A stretch of 64,000 nt of DNA from Pseudomonadales bacterium. Its GTDB lineage: Bacteria > Pseudomonadota > Gammaproteobacteria > Pseudomonadales > GM7GCV1. Below the pieces are notes generated by a model, which was not told the DNA's origin, searched no databases, and saw only the letters and a program-made list of their open reading frames with translations. The DNA is taken from contig OZ244871.1 in the NCBI GenBank assembly GCA_965221105.1, forward strand, positions 114,453 to 178,452, written 5' to 3'. Of this stretch, positions 1-9,639 are shown piece by piece. Made by a program: the position numbers and the translations under genes. Position 1 is the first letter of the stretch. Each line of letters starts with the position of its first letter.

Positions 1-46
1 TGGTTTCCAGGCCAGTTGTTTCCGTGTCCAGCACAACCTGTCTCAC
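1..46 (-). CDS. dnaQ: DNA polymerase III epsilon subunit, N-terminus (runs off window edge)
   Basis: GTG at 46 with GGAGG RBS; translates MRQVVLDTETTGLET (ExoI motif); downstream of rnhA; not in ORF track. Confidence 0.85.
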   Translation of the reverse strand, partial: MRQVVLDTETTGLET

Positions 47-90
47 TGTGTGATCCTCCCCGTTTCCAATTCCAGTGTGCCAGCCATTCG

Positions 91-531
91 TCATCCCGCC
101 GAAAGCTCGTCAATACCCCGATTGGCCAGCATATCAGCGCGTTCATTACCTGATTCACCGCTGTGACCTTTCACCCACAGCCATTCAATCTGGTGGCGCT
201 GGGTTTCCTCATCCAGACGCTTCCAAAGGTCTGCATTTTTGACGGATTTTCGTGCGGCTGTCTTCCAGTTTCTGACTTTCCAGTTGGGCAACCATTTGGT
301 AATCCCTTTCAACACGTAGGTCGAATCCGTATAAACCCGCACGTCGCATGCTTCCCGCAGCGATGCCAGACCCTGAATCGCCGCCATAAGCTCCATCCGG
401 TTGTTGGTCGTGCCTGGTTCGCCACCCCAAAGTTCCTTCTCATGCTCACCATACCCAATCAACACTCCCCAACCCCCCGGCCCCGGATTCCCGCGACAGG
501 CGCCGTCAGTGTAGACAACCACTGGTTTCAT
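91..531 (-). CDS. rnhA: Ribonuclease HI
   Basis: [34 protein letters not shown] motifs. Confidence 0.97.
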   Translation of the reverse strand: MKPVVVYTDGACRGNPGPGGWGVLIGYGEHEKELWGGEPGTTNNRMELMAAIQGLASLREACDVRVYTDSTYVLKGITKWLPNWKVRNWKTAARKSVKNADLWKRLDEETQRHQIEWLWVKGHSGESGNERADMLANRGIDELSAG

Positions 532-1364
532 GCGCCCTCCGGCCCTTGGTTGTGTTCCCTGAGGCTGCGGGTTGCCACCGCGGCTGGGAATCGCACCAGG
601 TGCCTGGGTGGCGTGCGAACAGATGCGGAACCCACCCAGCCGTCCACTTCCCTGCGTGCGTGAATCATGTAAAAGCCACCTCCTGGAACGCCTCTGCGTC
701 TGAGAACATCATCGAATCGGTCGGTGTAGCCCATACATTTCTCGTTTTGCAGCGGGTAACCATAGAATCCAAAAGCGACATCCTGGGGTTCGCACCCCAT
801 AAGTTTTAACCAGTCGGTTACCCGGGATCGGGTGAGTCGGTGATGCGCCCAGGGAAGGCTGTTGCGCAGCAGTACCTGCAACGCCTTGCGCACTCCGAAA
901 AGCGAGTGGGGATTAAAACAGATAATGATCAGATGCCCCTGCGGAGACAGTACCCGAGCCGCTTCTCTCAAAGCCGCATGAGGATCTGGAGAAAATTCCA
1001 AGCTGTGGTGCAACACCAGAAAATCTGCAGCGCCCTCATCCAGAGGCAGTGCATCGAGATCTGATATGACCCTGGAGTATGAGTCCGGTTGTGCTGAACT
1101 TCCACCGAGTGCCGGAGAAATATCCACCTTGAGTGTCTTACCTGTCGTTTTCCCCATCAACAGCGCACCGGCTCCAGAGATTTGCAGCATCGTACCTGTC
1201 CTGTACTCAGTGCGGCATTGCTCGATCAGTTCGAGTTCCTGAGAGAGCATACGACGCCCTACAGGCGTCTCGAACCAGCGTCTCAGATGAGGCGCTGCCC
1301 GACCCAGGCTCGCTACAGGCTGCTGCCAAAAGCCGTTCACCAGATATCTCCAGCCCGATTCCAT
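528..1364 (-). CDS. Class I SAM-dependent methyltransferase (YafS-like)
   Basis: [34 protein letters not shown] motif; conserved position between rnhA and gloB. Confidence 0.8.
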   Translation of the reverse strand: MESGWRYLVNGFWQQPVASLGRAAPHLRRWFETPVGRRMLSQELELIEQCRTEYRTGTMLQISGAGALLMGKTTGKTLKVDISPALGGSSAQPDSYSRVISDLDALPLDEGAADFLVLHHSLEFSPDPHAALREAARVLSPQGHLIIICFNPHSLFGVRKALQVLLRNSLPWAHHRLTRSRVTDWLKLMGCEPQDVAFGFYGYPLQNEKCMGYTDRFDDVLRRRGVPGGGFYMIHARREVDGWVGSASVRTPPRHLVRFPAAVATRSLREHNQGPEGA

Positions 1365-1498
1365 CTCAAAACCTTTGTGCCCAGGAGTCTATTCCAATCC
1401 AGAAATGAGTCTGAAATGGGTAATAAGCCCAGGGTGATTCCATGGGGTGTTCTAGCGTATAATTGGTCAGCTACCATTGTCCAATAAAACAGCACTGA

Positions 1499-2272
1499 AT
1501 GTTCACTGTAACGCCTGTTCCGGCCTTTAGCGACAACTACTTCTGGCTGATTGAATCAGCTGGAGAATGCTGGGTCGTGGATCCAGGTGACGCACGACCG
1601 GTATGCCAGACAATTGAAGAGAGGGGCCTTGACCTCAGCGGCATTCTGGTCACGCACCACCACCCGGATCACGTGGGGGGCATTGCGGAACTTGTGGGTT
1701 TGGAAACACCGGTCATCGGGCCTGCCCGGAGGGTCTTGCCCCAGGTTACGGACCCGGTCTCCGATGGCGACACCCGGGAAATTTTCGGTGTTTCTTTCCG
1801 CGTCATTGAAGTGCCTGGACACACACTGAACCATATCGCCTACTATGCGGAGCCGCCCGGGCAGGAACCACTGTTATTTTGCGGTGACACGCTGTTTGCC
1901 GGAGGTTGTGGGCGACTGTTTGAGGGCTCGCCACAACAGATGTTTTCGTCTTTGCAGAAGCTCGCAGCACTCCCTGATGAGACCCTGGTGTATTGCGCCC
2001 ACGAATACACCCTCGCAAACCTCACATTTGCACACAGCCTGGAGCCGAACAATGCCGCACTCAGATCGCGTATCAGTGATGCGGAAAATCTGCGTAACAC
2101 AGGCACCCCAACTGTCCCATCTGACATGCGCCTTGAAAAGGCAACGAATCCGTTCCTCAGAACGGATTCTCCAGAACTGATTCAGAGCGTGCGCGAGCAG
2201 GGGTGCAGCTCTATTGGAAGCCCATCGGAGATATTTGCCGCTGTGCGCGCAATAAAAGATAACTTCAGATAG
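1499..2272 (+). CDS. gloB: Hydroxyacylglutathione hydrolase (glyoxalase II)
   Basis: THHHPDHVGG, PGHT, FCGDTLF.GGCGR, CAHEYT motifs. Confidence 0.96.
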   Translation: MFTVTPVPAFSDNYFWLIESAGECWVVDPGDARPVCQTIEERGLDLSGILVTHHHPDHVGGIAELVGLETPVIGPARRVLPQVTDPVSDGDTREIFGVSFRVIEVPGHTLNHIAYYAEPPGQEPLLFCGDTLFAGGCGRLFEGSPQQMFSSLQKLAALPDETLVYCAHEYTLANLTFAHSLEPNNAALRSRISDAENLRNTGTPTVPSDMRLEKATNPFLRTDSPELIQSVREQGCSSIGSPSEIFAAVRAIKDNFR

Positions 2273-2431
2273 GACCGATGAGCTGACTCAGAGAAATTTT
2301 TTGCGTGAGATTTCCGTGTCAGTTTCTGCGTCGCTATAACCATCGTCACAACACAGGCCTTTCTCCAATACAGCAATGTTTCACTTCAAAACACGCATTC
2401 TGCCAGTGGCGGTCTGTCTTGGGGTGGGCGC

Positions 2432-2569
2432 GCCCAGGCCTACTACCGAATCTCAAGCTATCTCCAATCCATGACCCACCAGGGCTACAATCCGCTGACC
2501 GCCATCCAGATCGCCCTCAACGGCACCGCCGCCACAATGATCAAGCAGGAGAAGGGGGCGAGTAGTTAC
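2432..2569 (+). mobile_element. IS66-family transposase 3' remnant with right end
   Basis: Translates AQAYYRISSYLQSMTHQGYNPLTAIQIALNG, resembling an IS66 transposase C-terminus; ends GGGGCGAGTAGTTAC (IS66 ends are GTAA..TTAC). Confidence 0.7.
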
Positions 2570-2634
2570 AAACTCACAAATTCTTGATGGGGATGCCGCT
2601 TTGTGGACTCCCCCGAACAGGACACCAAGCTCAA

Positions 2635-2809
2635 TCAGGAAACAAGAGTGTACCTACCAAATTCATCGAAGGGACTCGGGGTTCCACCAGATTGGGTCTG
2701 CTCTATATCGACGTTGTGACGGTCGGCGGGTGCCAGGGAAGGCGGGTTGCGGAATCGACTGCCTCATTCGCCGGCACGGGGGAGGATGTATCGGGGGGGG
2801 GTGCTTCAT
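2635..2809 (-). pseudogene. Frameshifted lasso-peptide-like RiPP precursor (reconstructed 58 aa)
   Basis: GGAG RBS, ATG 2809, C9 tract; two +1 corrections give ..RLPWHPPTVTTVDIEQTQ-SGGTPSPFDEFGRYTLVS* (WxxP leader, Thr-2, Asp9). Confidence 0.55.
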
Positions 2810-2877
2810 TGGGGTCGTCTCCAAGTACAATTGGATTAAGTATTCTATGAGACTGGCCGCCAAAAGAGAAGTGTGAA

Positions 2878-2897
2878 TTTCAATGTGAGACACTACT
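2878..2897 (-). repeat. Degenerate copy of the cassette terminal inverted repeat
   Basis: TTTCAATGTGAGACACTACT is 17/20 identical to the reverse complement of the left IR at 17832. Confidence 0.65.
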
Positions 2898-3842
2898 GAC
2901 TGGGGTGTCTGCGAAGAGGGGATACAGTGCCAGGGCGCTTCACACCTCACCGTTGCCAGTGACGCGCTGCCCTGAGGCTCCCGTGAGCTGTACAACGGGT
3001 TCTCCTCAGGGTCAACCGTGCAGAACCATTCCTTGAACAGCTGTGGGCTTCATACATTCGTACCACATTGCCCGTCTCACGGGGCACTCCGAATGGCTCA
3101 TGTACGTCGAGCCGACGGGATGGTTTTCTGTCTCCCTCATCCACGGGAGCGCTGCTTACGCAGCCAAGGGCATCTACAGTGTTTCAGTGACATGACCTGT
3201 GATGTCATGTGATGGCTCAGTTGATGAGTGCTGAGGTCTCTCCTGTCAGGTTTTACTACTGTAGGCTCCTTCGATCCTTTCGGGTTTTCTGTCGAGACTG
3301 ACCCCTGCATGGCGCCGTTGTACCCCTGACGGCTGGGGGAGAGATCTCAGAAGGTGTGTTGACCAACCTTCTGAGTGCCTGTGCATCCTACCCTGAGGTA
3401 TTGGATTTAAAGGCCATGTGCTGTGCGCCCTCTCGTCGCACCTCTATGCTGTCAGAGATGATGAGTCCCTCTCGAACATAGCACTTCGCCGGGGTGTCAG
3501 TGTGCGTCGGCTGGCGCAATTGAACGATGTGACCGGCGCGTCAGTGATTGAACCAGGACAGGTGCTGATACTGGGTACCGAGTTCTTTGACTCAGAAACA
3601 CCCTTTACCGTCACGCCAGGAGACTCTCTTTTTCTGTGGTCACGGCACGACCCAACGGTGCTGCCTCAGAGCTTGCTTTCACGCTGGGACAGCCTGACCA
3701 GAACTGAGATCACCCATCCAAGGCCAGGTTCTCCGGGAAAGTACGCCTCAAGCTGAACGAGAGTGGTCGCTTACGGAAAATCCGTCACGGTGTCCTACCT
3801 GGAAGCGGCCACCCGGCGTTCTTGCCATGAATCTGAGCGCGC

Positions 3843-4067
3843 TCAGCTGTCGTCACCCTCAGAATCTTCCTCAGCATCATCTTCTTCGGCTGAGGACTCT
3901 TCATCTGTTGCCTCCATCTCCATATCCATCTCCATCTCCATATCCATCTCCATTTCCATCTCCATTTCGGCGGAATCTGAGTCGGCTTCGCCTTCAGCCG
4001 CACTCAGTGGCATGGATATTAAAGCTGCAAGCAGCAGGAACAATTGCAGTAACGCTGTGATTTTCAT
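3843..4067 (-). CDS. Small exported acidic Met-rich protein (74 aa) with (M-E/D)9 repeat
   Basis: GAGGAG RBS, ATG 4067, hydrophobic signal peptide ending LSA-A; mature part lacks K/R. Confidence 0.75.
   Translation of the reverse strand: MKITALLQLFLLLAALISMPLSAAEGEADSDSAEMEMEMEMDMEMEMDMEMEATDEESSAEEDDAEEDSEGDDS
3912..3965 (-). repeat. Nine tandem ATGGAN hexamers coding (ME/MD)9
   Basis: Plus strand NTCCAT x9. Confidence 0.9.
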
Positions 4068-4146
4068 GAAGTCACTCCTCGTGAACATTGGGTTGTTTTC
4101 CGTATCGGCCGAAAAAGGCCCGACCGAATCTGATTCTAACAGGCTA

Positions 4147-4869
4147 TCAATAAGTTGCAATCTCTCTTTGAATATCGTTGACCACCGCTGCCGGGTCCTT
4201 GGCCTGGGTAATGGGCCGCCCCACTACAAGGAAATCGCTGCCCCAGGCAATTGCCTGGGCAGGAGTCACAATGCGCAGTTGATCGCCGGACTCAGAACCT
4301 GCCGGACGAACCCCAGGTGTGACCGTCGCAAAGTCTTCACCACATGCCGCCTTGAGTGCCGCAGCTTCACGAGCCGAACACACTGCACCATCCAGCCCGG
4401 CCTGGGCAGCCAGCTGAGCGAGATGTACGACCTGGTCTTCCACTGAACCTGAAATCCCAAGACCATGAAGATCAGATGTCCCCATACTGGTTAACAGTGT
4501 CACCGCAATCAGCAGTGGACGTTTTTCTGGATGTACCTGATCGAGAGCAGCACGAGCAGCGCGCATCATGTCCAAACCCCCCAAGGCATGCACGTTCAGC
4601 ATCCATAAATCCATCTCGGATGCAGCCAGAACAGCTCCGGCTACGGTGTTGGGAATATCGTGAAATTTGAGATCAAGAAATACGCCAAAGCCCATGTCGA
4701 TGAGCCGCCTGACAACTGTCGGTCCCGAACTGGTGAAGAGTTCCTTACCCACTTTGACCTGGCAACTGCCAGGGTCGAGGCGGCTGGCCATATCAATTGC
4801 CTGCTGCTCACCCGGATAATCCAGTGCGACGATCAGCCGCCCGGCACGATGGGAATCAATCGCTCTCAC
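4147..4869 (-). CDS. pyrF: Orotidine-5'-phosphate decarboxylase
   Basis: LIVALD, VKVGKELF, FLDLKFHDIPNTV, VVGRPIT. Confidence 0.97.
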   Translation of the reverse strand: MRAIDSHRAGRLIVALDYPGEQQAIDMASRLDPGSCQVKVGKELFTSSGPTVVRRLIDMGFGVFLDLKFHDIPNTVAGAVLAASEMDLWMLNVHALGGLDMMRAARAALDQVHPEKRPLLIAVTLLTSMGTSDLHGLGISGSVEDQVVHLAQLAAQAGLDGAVCSAREAAALKAACGEDFATVTPGVRPAGSESGDQLRIVTPAQAIAWGSDFLVVGRPITQAKDPAAVVNDIQREIATY

Positions 4870-4870
4870 T

Positions 4871-6052
4871 CTACCCGTTCAAATTCAAATGAAAGCGTGA
4901 TCTGAGCGTCTCCCAACGCCGGCAGCTCGGACATTGCCAGTGATATTCGCGTGCTTCATATCCGCAGTGGTGACACTGATAGAATTCCGGCATACCTATG
5001 TCTTCATGCGGAGAACCTACCATGCTGATGTCCACATGGGCAACAAGACGCTCGTCGAGCCCTGAAACGAGACGAACCGGCATATTTCCGATACCCTTGG
5101 GCCGCCTCTCTTCGAACAGCTGGACCAACCTGCCCTGCTGACGCTCCTCGCCCAGCTTTTTTGCAAGCAGAACCAGTATATGTCCTGAACCCGTCCGCCT
5201 GTATGCGGCTTCGAGCACACCCAGAAATTCCTCTTTGTGCCCGGTCGCCGTGCACACCTCCTCCAGCAAAGTCAACGCACCAGCCATGGGTTCTGCTGAA
5301 TCATGAATATGGTTTTCCAGAATCTCCCGTGCCCGTTCAGGGTGGTCGAGCATGAACTCAAGCGATGCCATCAAGAGCTGGGGGCGACGATTGGGTGAGC
5401 TCACCTGCTTGGCTTGCCTGATGAAGCGGTGCGCAGTCAAATAGTCCTTATTGGACAGGGCAACTTCAGCCTGCTCACAGTAAAAATGACTGCACCGGTG
5501 GGCAATCAGCTCCTGTTCCTGTTTATCTATATGCCCGCTCAGCTCCTTGGCCGCATAGGATGCTTTGAGCCATTCACGTTCGATCTGATAGAGATCAATC
5601 AGCAGATACAACGCTGGAATACGGTGTGAACCGGATTTTTCCACCAACTCCTGAAGGTGCTCCTCTGCGCGATCCATCAACCCCGCCTTACTGTAATCCA
5701 GTGCCAGCTCGAACCTGGCCTGGGAAATCTGTTTGTCAGACAGTCCGTCGCGACGTATCAGATTCTCATGGATGCGTATTGCACGCTCCAGCTCACCTCT
5801 GCGACGATGCAGGGCACCCAGTGTAAAGTGAGTTTCCAGGGTATCGCTGTTGACATCAAGTGCAGAGATAAAGGCATCGAGTGCATAATCCGGGAGGTCA
5901 GTGGTGACATGTGCGGTCAGCTTTTGATTTTCGAATAGCACCGGCCAATTTCTGTATTTCCTGGGGCTGTCGCGAAACTGCCAACGGGCCAGCACCCAGC
6001 CGGAGGCGACTGCCAGAAGCAACATGAGGTAGAGAAAAATATCTGCGGTCAT
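4871..6052 (-). CDS. lapB: LPS assembly protein B (TPR + rubredoxin-like)
   Basis: N-terminal TM helix, RRRGELERAIRIH, C-terminal CHHC..WQCPSC; lapA-lapB-pyrF synteny. Confidence 0.88.
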   Translation of the reverse strand: MTADIFLYLMLLLAVASGWVLARWQFRDSPRKYRNWPVLFENQKLTAHVTTDLPDYALDAFISALDVNSDTLETHFTLGALHRRRGELERAIRIHENLIRRDGLSDKQISQARFELALDYSKAGLMDRAEEHLQELVEKSGSHRIPALYLLIDLYQIEREWLKASYAAKELSGHIDKQEQELIAHRCSHFYCEQAEVALSNKDYLTAHRFIRQAKQVSSPNRRPQLLMASLEFMLDHPERAREILENHIHDSAEPMAGALTLLEEVCTATGHKEEFLGVLEAAYRRTGSGHILVLLAKKLGEERQQGRLVQLFEERRPKGIGNMPVRLVSGLDERLVAHVDISMVGSPHEDIGMPEFYQCHHCGYEAREYHWQCPSCRRWETLRSRFHLNLNG

Positions 6053-6058
6053 GGGATT

Positions 6059-6343
6059 CTAAGACACCTGAGTGTCGGTACTCTTTTCAGCGCAACGCAT
6101 AGCCGCTTTGTGAGCGCGGCTCAGCCTGAATTTATAGGCCAGAATCAAAGGATAGGAGGCCACCAGGGACAGCAGCACACCAGTGACCAGACCCAGAATA
6201 AAGACGCCCCCCACACTCAGGGTTCGGCTTCCCGCCAAAAAGCTGAATTCGACCAATTGCTCATTCGCGGTCAGGAAAACAAGTCCAACTACAAATACAA
6301 AGATACAGGACAGCAGGAGGAGAATTCGTTTCAGCCAAAGCAT
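6059..6343 (-). CDS. lapA: LPS assembly protein A
   Basis: Two TM helices with N.Q.V.F.FL loop; between ihfB and lapB; start uncertain. Confidence 0.75.
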   Translation of the reverse strand: MLWLKRILLLLSCIFVFVVGLVFLTANEQLVEFSFLAGSRTLSVGGVFILGLVTGVLLSLVASYPLILAYKFRLSRAHKAAMRCAEKSTDTQVS

Positions 6344-6475
6344 GGAAAATGCCCGCATTTCCAGGGGGAACGGAAGCTCTGGTAGCTTCCATCCAGAGAG
6401 AATCAGCAGACTTTATGATAATCCATTGAAAACGAAATGTCTCTTCCAATTGGACTCCGGAGAGAGGACATGCAG

Positions 6476-6754
6476 TCAGTCGTTTACTCGGCTGCGCAAT
6501 TCCTTGCCAGGCTTGAAATGCGGCACATATTTGCCATTGAGTTTGACCGAATCACCGGTTTTCGGGTTTCGCCCGACTCGCGGAGCCCGATAGTGCAAAC
6601 TAAAACTGCCAAAGCCCCTGATCTCAATACGCTGACCGCGGGCGAGTTGCTCAGACATCATTTCGAGAATGCTTTTCACAGCAAAATCAACATCACGGGC
6701 TTGCAGTTGATCCTGCTTGAAGGCTATTCGATCAATGAGTTCTGATTTAGTCAT
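6476..6754 (-). CDS. ihfB: Integration host factor beta
   Basis: [42 protein letters not shown]. Confidence 0.97.
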   Translation of the reverse strand: MTKSELIDRIAFKQDQLQARDVDFAVKSILEMMSEQLARGQRIEIRGFGSFSLHYRAPRVGRNPKTGDSVKLNGKYVPHFKPGKELRSRVND

Positions 6755-6899
6755 CGGTCTACTCTAACTCAAACAATTCCCTGTGCGCCAGACACACTAT
6801 AATGATGCATGCGCTGAATGAACTGAAACACCTCAGTTTTTTCGAAGGGAACGCGCTTCGCACGGGTCTACAACCAGTTCTTCTGCCAGGCAGGCCCAA

Positions 6900-8582
6900 C
6901 TAGCGATCCGTGTTTTCCATTTGCGCCTTGATCAGGTCACCCAGCGAAGCTGGCGCGGCATTTTCCGCTTCGGACTTGCGGTGTTTACGAATGGCGTCTT
7001 TTTCTTCATCAGCTTCACGAGCCTTGATGGAGAGAATCAGGCCGCGATTCTTGCGGTCAATGGAGACAATTTTCACTTCAACTTCATCGCCAACATTGAG
7101 TACATTACGTGCGTCTCCAACTTTCTCCCGACTGATATCGGAGGCTTTGAGAGTACCTTCAATGTCCTCTGCCAGCGTAATGATTGCCGCTTTTGCATCG
7201 ACTTCCTTGACAATACCTGTGACGATCGATCCCTTGTCATGTGCGCGCACGTAGTCAGAGAATGGGTCATCCGACAGCTGCTTGATGCCCAGAGAAATGC
7301 GCTCACGCTCGGCATCAATTGCCAGAATAAGGGCCTCGATTTCTTCACCTTTCCTGAATTTGCGGACCGCTTCTTCACCAGCTTCCTGCCAGGAGAGGTC
7401 GGAAAGGTGAACAAGACCATCAATATTGCCGTCCAAGCCAATAAAGATACCGAAATCAGTGATGGACTTGATACTGCCTGTGACCTTGTCACCTTTGGAG
7501 TGCTTCTCTGAAAACGCTTCCCAGGGGTTTTGAAAGCACTGCTTGATCCCCAGAGATACACGACGGCGTTCCGCATCAATATCCAGAATCATAACCTCGA
7601 CTTCATCGCCAATCTGAACAACTTTGGACGGATGAATATTCTTGTTGGTCCAGTCCATCTCTGACACATGTACCAGGCCCTCGATTCCATCTTCCAGTTC
7701 GGCAAAGCACCCGTAGTCAGTAAGGTTCGTCACACGGGCTTTCACCTTGGTACCTTCGGGGTAGCGGTCAGACACTGCCACCCAGGGATCGTCACCCATC
7801 TGCTTGAGGCCAAGTGACACGCGATTCCGCTCGCGGTCAAACTTGAGAACACGGACATCAAGTTCCTGTCCGATCTCGATCATTTCGGAAGGATGCTTGA
7901 TTCGTTTCCAGGCCATATCCGTGATGTGCAGAAGTCCATCGATCCCACCCAGATCAACAAAGGCTCCGTAGTCAGTGAGATTCTTGACAATGCCTTTGAC
8001 AACAACACCTTCTTCCAGCGAGGCGAGCAGTGCTTCACGCTCTTCACTGTTGACACTTTCAAGCACGGCACGGCGAGATACCACCACGTTGTTGCGTTTT
8101 TGGTCGAGCTTGATGAGCTTGAATTCCAGCGACTGCCCTTCCAGATGGGTTGCTTCGCGGGTTGGACGAACATCCACCAGCGACCCTGGAAGGAAGGCCC
8201 GCACGCCACGAATATCGACGGTAAAGCCACCTTTGACCTTGCCTGTAATCAGACCAGAAACCACATCTTCACCATTATGGGCTTTCTCAAGGTCCGCCCA
8301 TGTTTCAATGCGCTGAGCTTTTTCACGAGAGAGACGGGTCAGACCAAAACCGTCTTCCACGGCTTCAAGGGCAACCTGAACCTCGTCGCCTACGGTGACG
8401 GCGACTTCGCCCTCTTCACTGACAAACTGGTTGACGGGAATAATGCCCTCAGACTTAAGACCTGCGTGAACAGTGACCCAATCCTGATCAATATCAATAA
8501 CGACACCGGTTACGATCGAACCGGGTTTCATTTCTACGGTTTTTAGACTCTCTTCAAAGAGTTCTGCAAAGCTTTCATTCAT
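6900..8582 (-). CDS. rpsA: 30S ribosomal protein S1
   Basis: [13 protein letters not shown] start; repeated S1 domains. Confidence 0.98.
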   Translation of the reverse strand: MNESFAELFEESLKTVEMKPGSIVTGVVIDIDQDWVTVHAGLKSEGIIPVNQFVSEEGEVAVTVGDEVQVALEAVEDGFGLTRLSREKAQRIETWADLEKAHNGEDVVSGLITGKVKGGFTVDIRGVRAFLPGSLVDVRPTREATHLEGQSLEFKLIKLDQKRNNVVVSRRAVLESVNSEEREALLASLEEGVVVKGIVKNLTDYGAFVDLGGIDGLLHITDMAWKRIKHPSEMIEIGQELDVRVLKFDRERNRVSLGLKQMGDDPWVAVSDRYPEGTKVKARVTNLTDYGCFAELEDGIEGLVHVSEMDWTNKNIHPSKVVQIGDEVEVMILDIDAERRRVSLGIKQCFQNPWEAFSEKHSKGDKVTGSIKSITDFGIFIGLDGNIDGLVHLSDLSWQEAGEEAVRKFRKGEEIEALILAIDAERERISLGIKQLSDDPFSDYVRAHDKGSIVTGIVKEVDAKAAIITLAEDIEGTLKASDISREKVGDARNVLNVGDEVEVKIVSIDRKNRGLILSIKAREADEEKDAIRKHRKSEAENAAPASLGDLIKAQMENTDR

Positions 8583-8796
8583 GGAGGTACACCTGCACCT
8601 GCGGGGGGCTTGGCACGGGCCGGCAGTTCAGGCCGGGTGACATCACCAAAGCTGACCCCACCACCCTGTCAGTCAGTGGTCCGGTTCAATCAAGCGATCT
8701 GAGTCCCTGTGCTGACGGATTTTCAGATCACTGCCAGTCGAGTGCTGAGGCCAGCCCGATCAAGAAACCCTGGCGTACGTGACGGCATGAACTGGT

Positions 8797-9639
8797 TCAG
8801 GTATTGACCTGTTTCCAGAGGTTCACAGCCTGTTCAAGCACCTCATCAATCGACATATTCGTAGAATCAATCTGGATTGCGTCTGCTGCAGGGTGAAGCG
8901 GGCTTGCTTTCCGGCTTCGATCACGCTCATCGCGCAATTCGATGTCTTGTACGAGGGCACGCAGCCTATCACCCCTGTCAAACTCATTCAAGTCCTTGTT
9001 TATCAATCGGTTAGCGCGATGCTCGGTCGATCTTTCGGCCTTTTTTTCCGCCAGCCCGTCAAGCTGCTCAAGTCGCCGCCTGGCTCGCTCTTGAGCAGAT
9101 GCGGTCAGAAAGATTTTGAGTCGTGCCTCCGGAAACACAGCGGTCCCCATGTCCCTGCCATCGGCAACCAGCCCGGGGCCATCAGCGCAGGCCCGCTGGG
9201 ATTCCAGGAGTTCGGCCCTGACCTCAGGGACTGCTGCCAGTTCCGAAGCCAGTGCTGCTATGTTCTCCTGACGCAGTTCAGACGACAGGTCTTCGCCGTT
9301 GAGGAGCACCGCTCCATCTTCGAAACTGAGCGTGGTATCGCGTACCACTGACAGGAATTCGTCCACTTTTGAGATGTCAATCCCACGCCGACGGGACAAA
9401 ACAGCGAGGGTTCGGTAGAGCGCTCCGCTGTCAAGGTACCTGAATCCAAGTCGCGCCGCGAGCATCTCTGCCAAAGTACCCTTCCCGGAGCCGCTGGGCC
9501 CATCAACACAAATTATCGGAACTGGTAATCGGTCGCGCAACTGAGGTGCTCCCTCTGCTGGTTCAGATTTCCCTGCAGAGGTTTGCACATCTTTTTTTTG
9601 CGGGATTCCTCCCGGGCTGCTTCCAGGTTCTGTGAGCAT
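8797..9639 (-). CDS. cmk: Cytidylate kinase with N-terminal extension and internal insertion
   Basis: DGPSGSGKGT, LDSGALYR, ADGRDMGT; TGATG overlap with aroA. Confidence 0.93.
   Translation of the reverse strand: MLTEPGSSPGGIPQKKDVQTSAGKSEPAEGAPQLRDRLPVPIICVDGPSGSGKGTLAEMLAARLGFRYLDSGALYRTLAVLSRRRGIDISKVDEFLSVVRDTTLSFEDGAVLLNGEDLSSELRQENIAALASELAAVPEVRAELLESQRACADGPGLVADGRDMGTAVFPEARLKIFLTASAQERARRRLEQLDGLAEKKAERSTEHRANRLINKDLNEFDRGDRLRALVQDIELRDERDRSRKASPLHPAADAIQIDSTNMSIDEVLEQAVNLWKQVNT

Larger units (their letters stand above)
2376..3756 (+). pseudogene. Shattered mltD-like LysM lytic transglycosylase remnant
   Basis: Signal-like start MFHFKTRILPVAVCLGVG at 2376 cut by an IS66 relic; LysM repeat LYAVRDDESLSNIALRRGVSVRRLAQLN..IEPGQVL and a decayed second LysM (FTVTPGDSL..SRWDSL) at 3418-3756; mltD usually follows gloB; no SLT domain recognisable. 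Confidence 0.6.

Noticed and set aside
2561-2583. AGTAGTTACAAACTCACAAATTC as the partner IR of 2897 (15/23)
   Set aside because: Better explained as the IS66 right end (..GAGTAGTTAC); no 8-bp target duplication
2663-2995. 110-aa minus-strand ORF containing MKHPPPIHPPP
   Set aside because: It crosses the cassette end and is the out-of-frame reading of the precursor-like gene
3763-4446. Plus-strand ORF with an (SI)n repeat, and the 3785-4003 (WR)n frame
   Set aside because: Shadow frames of the Met-Glu repeat gene, which has the RBS and signal peptide
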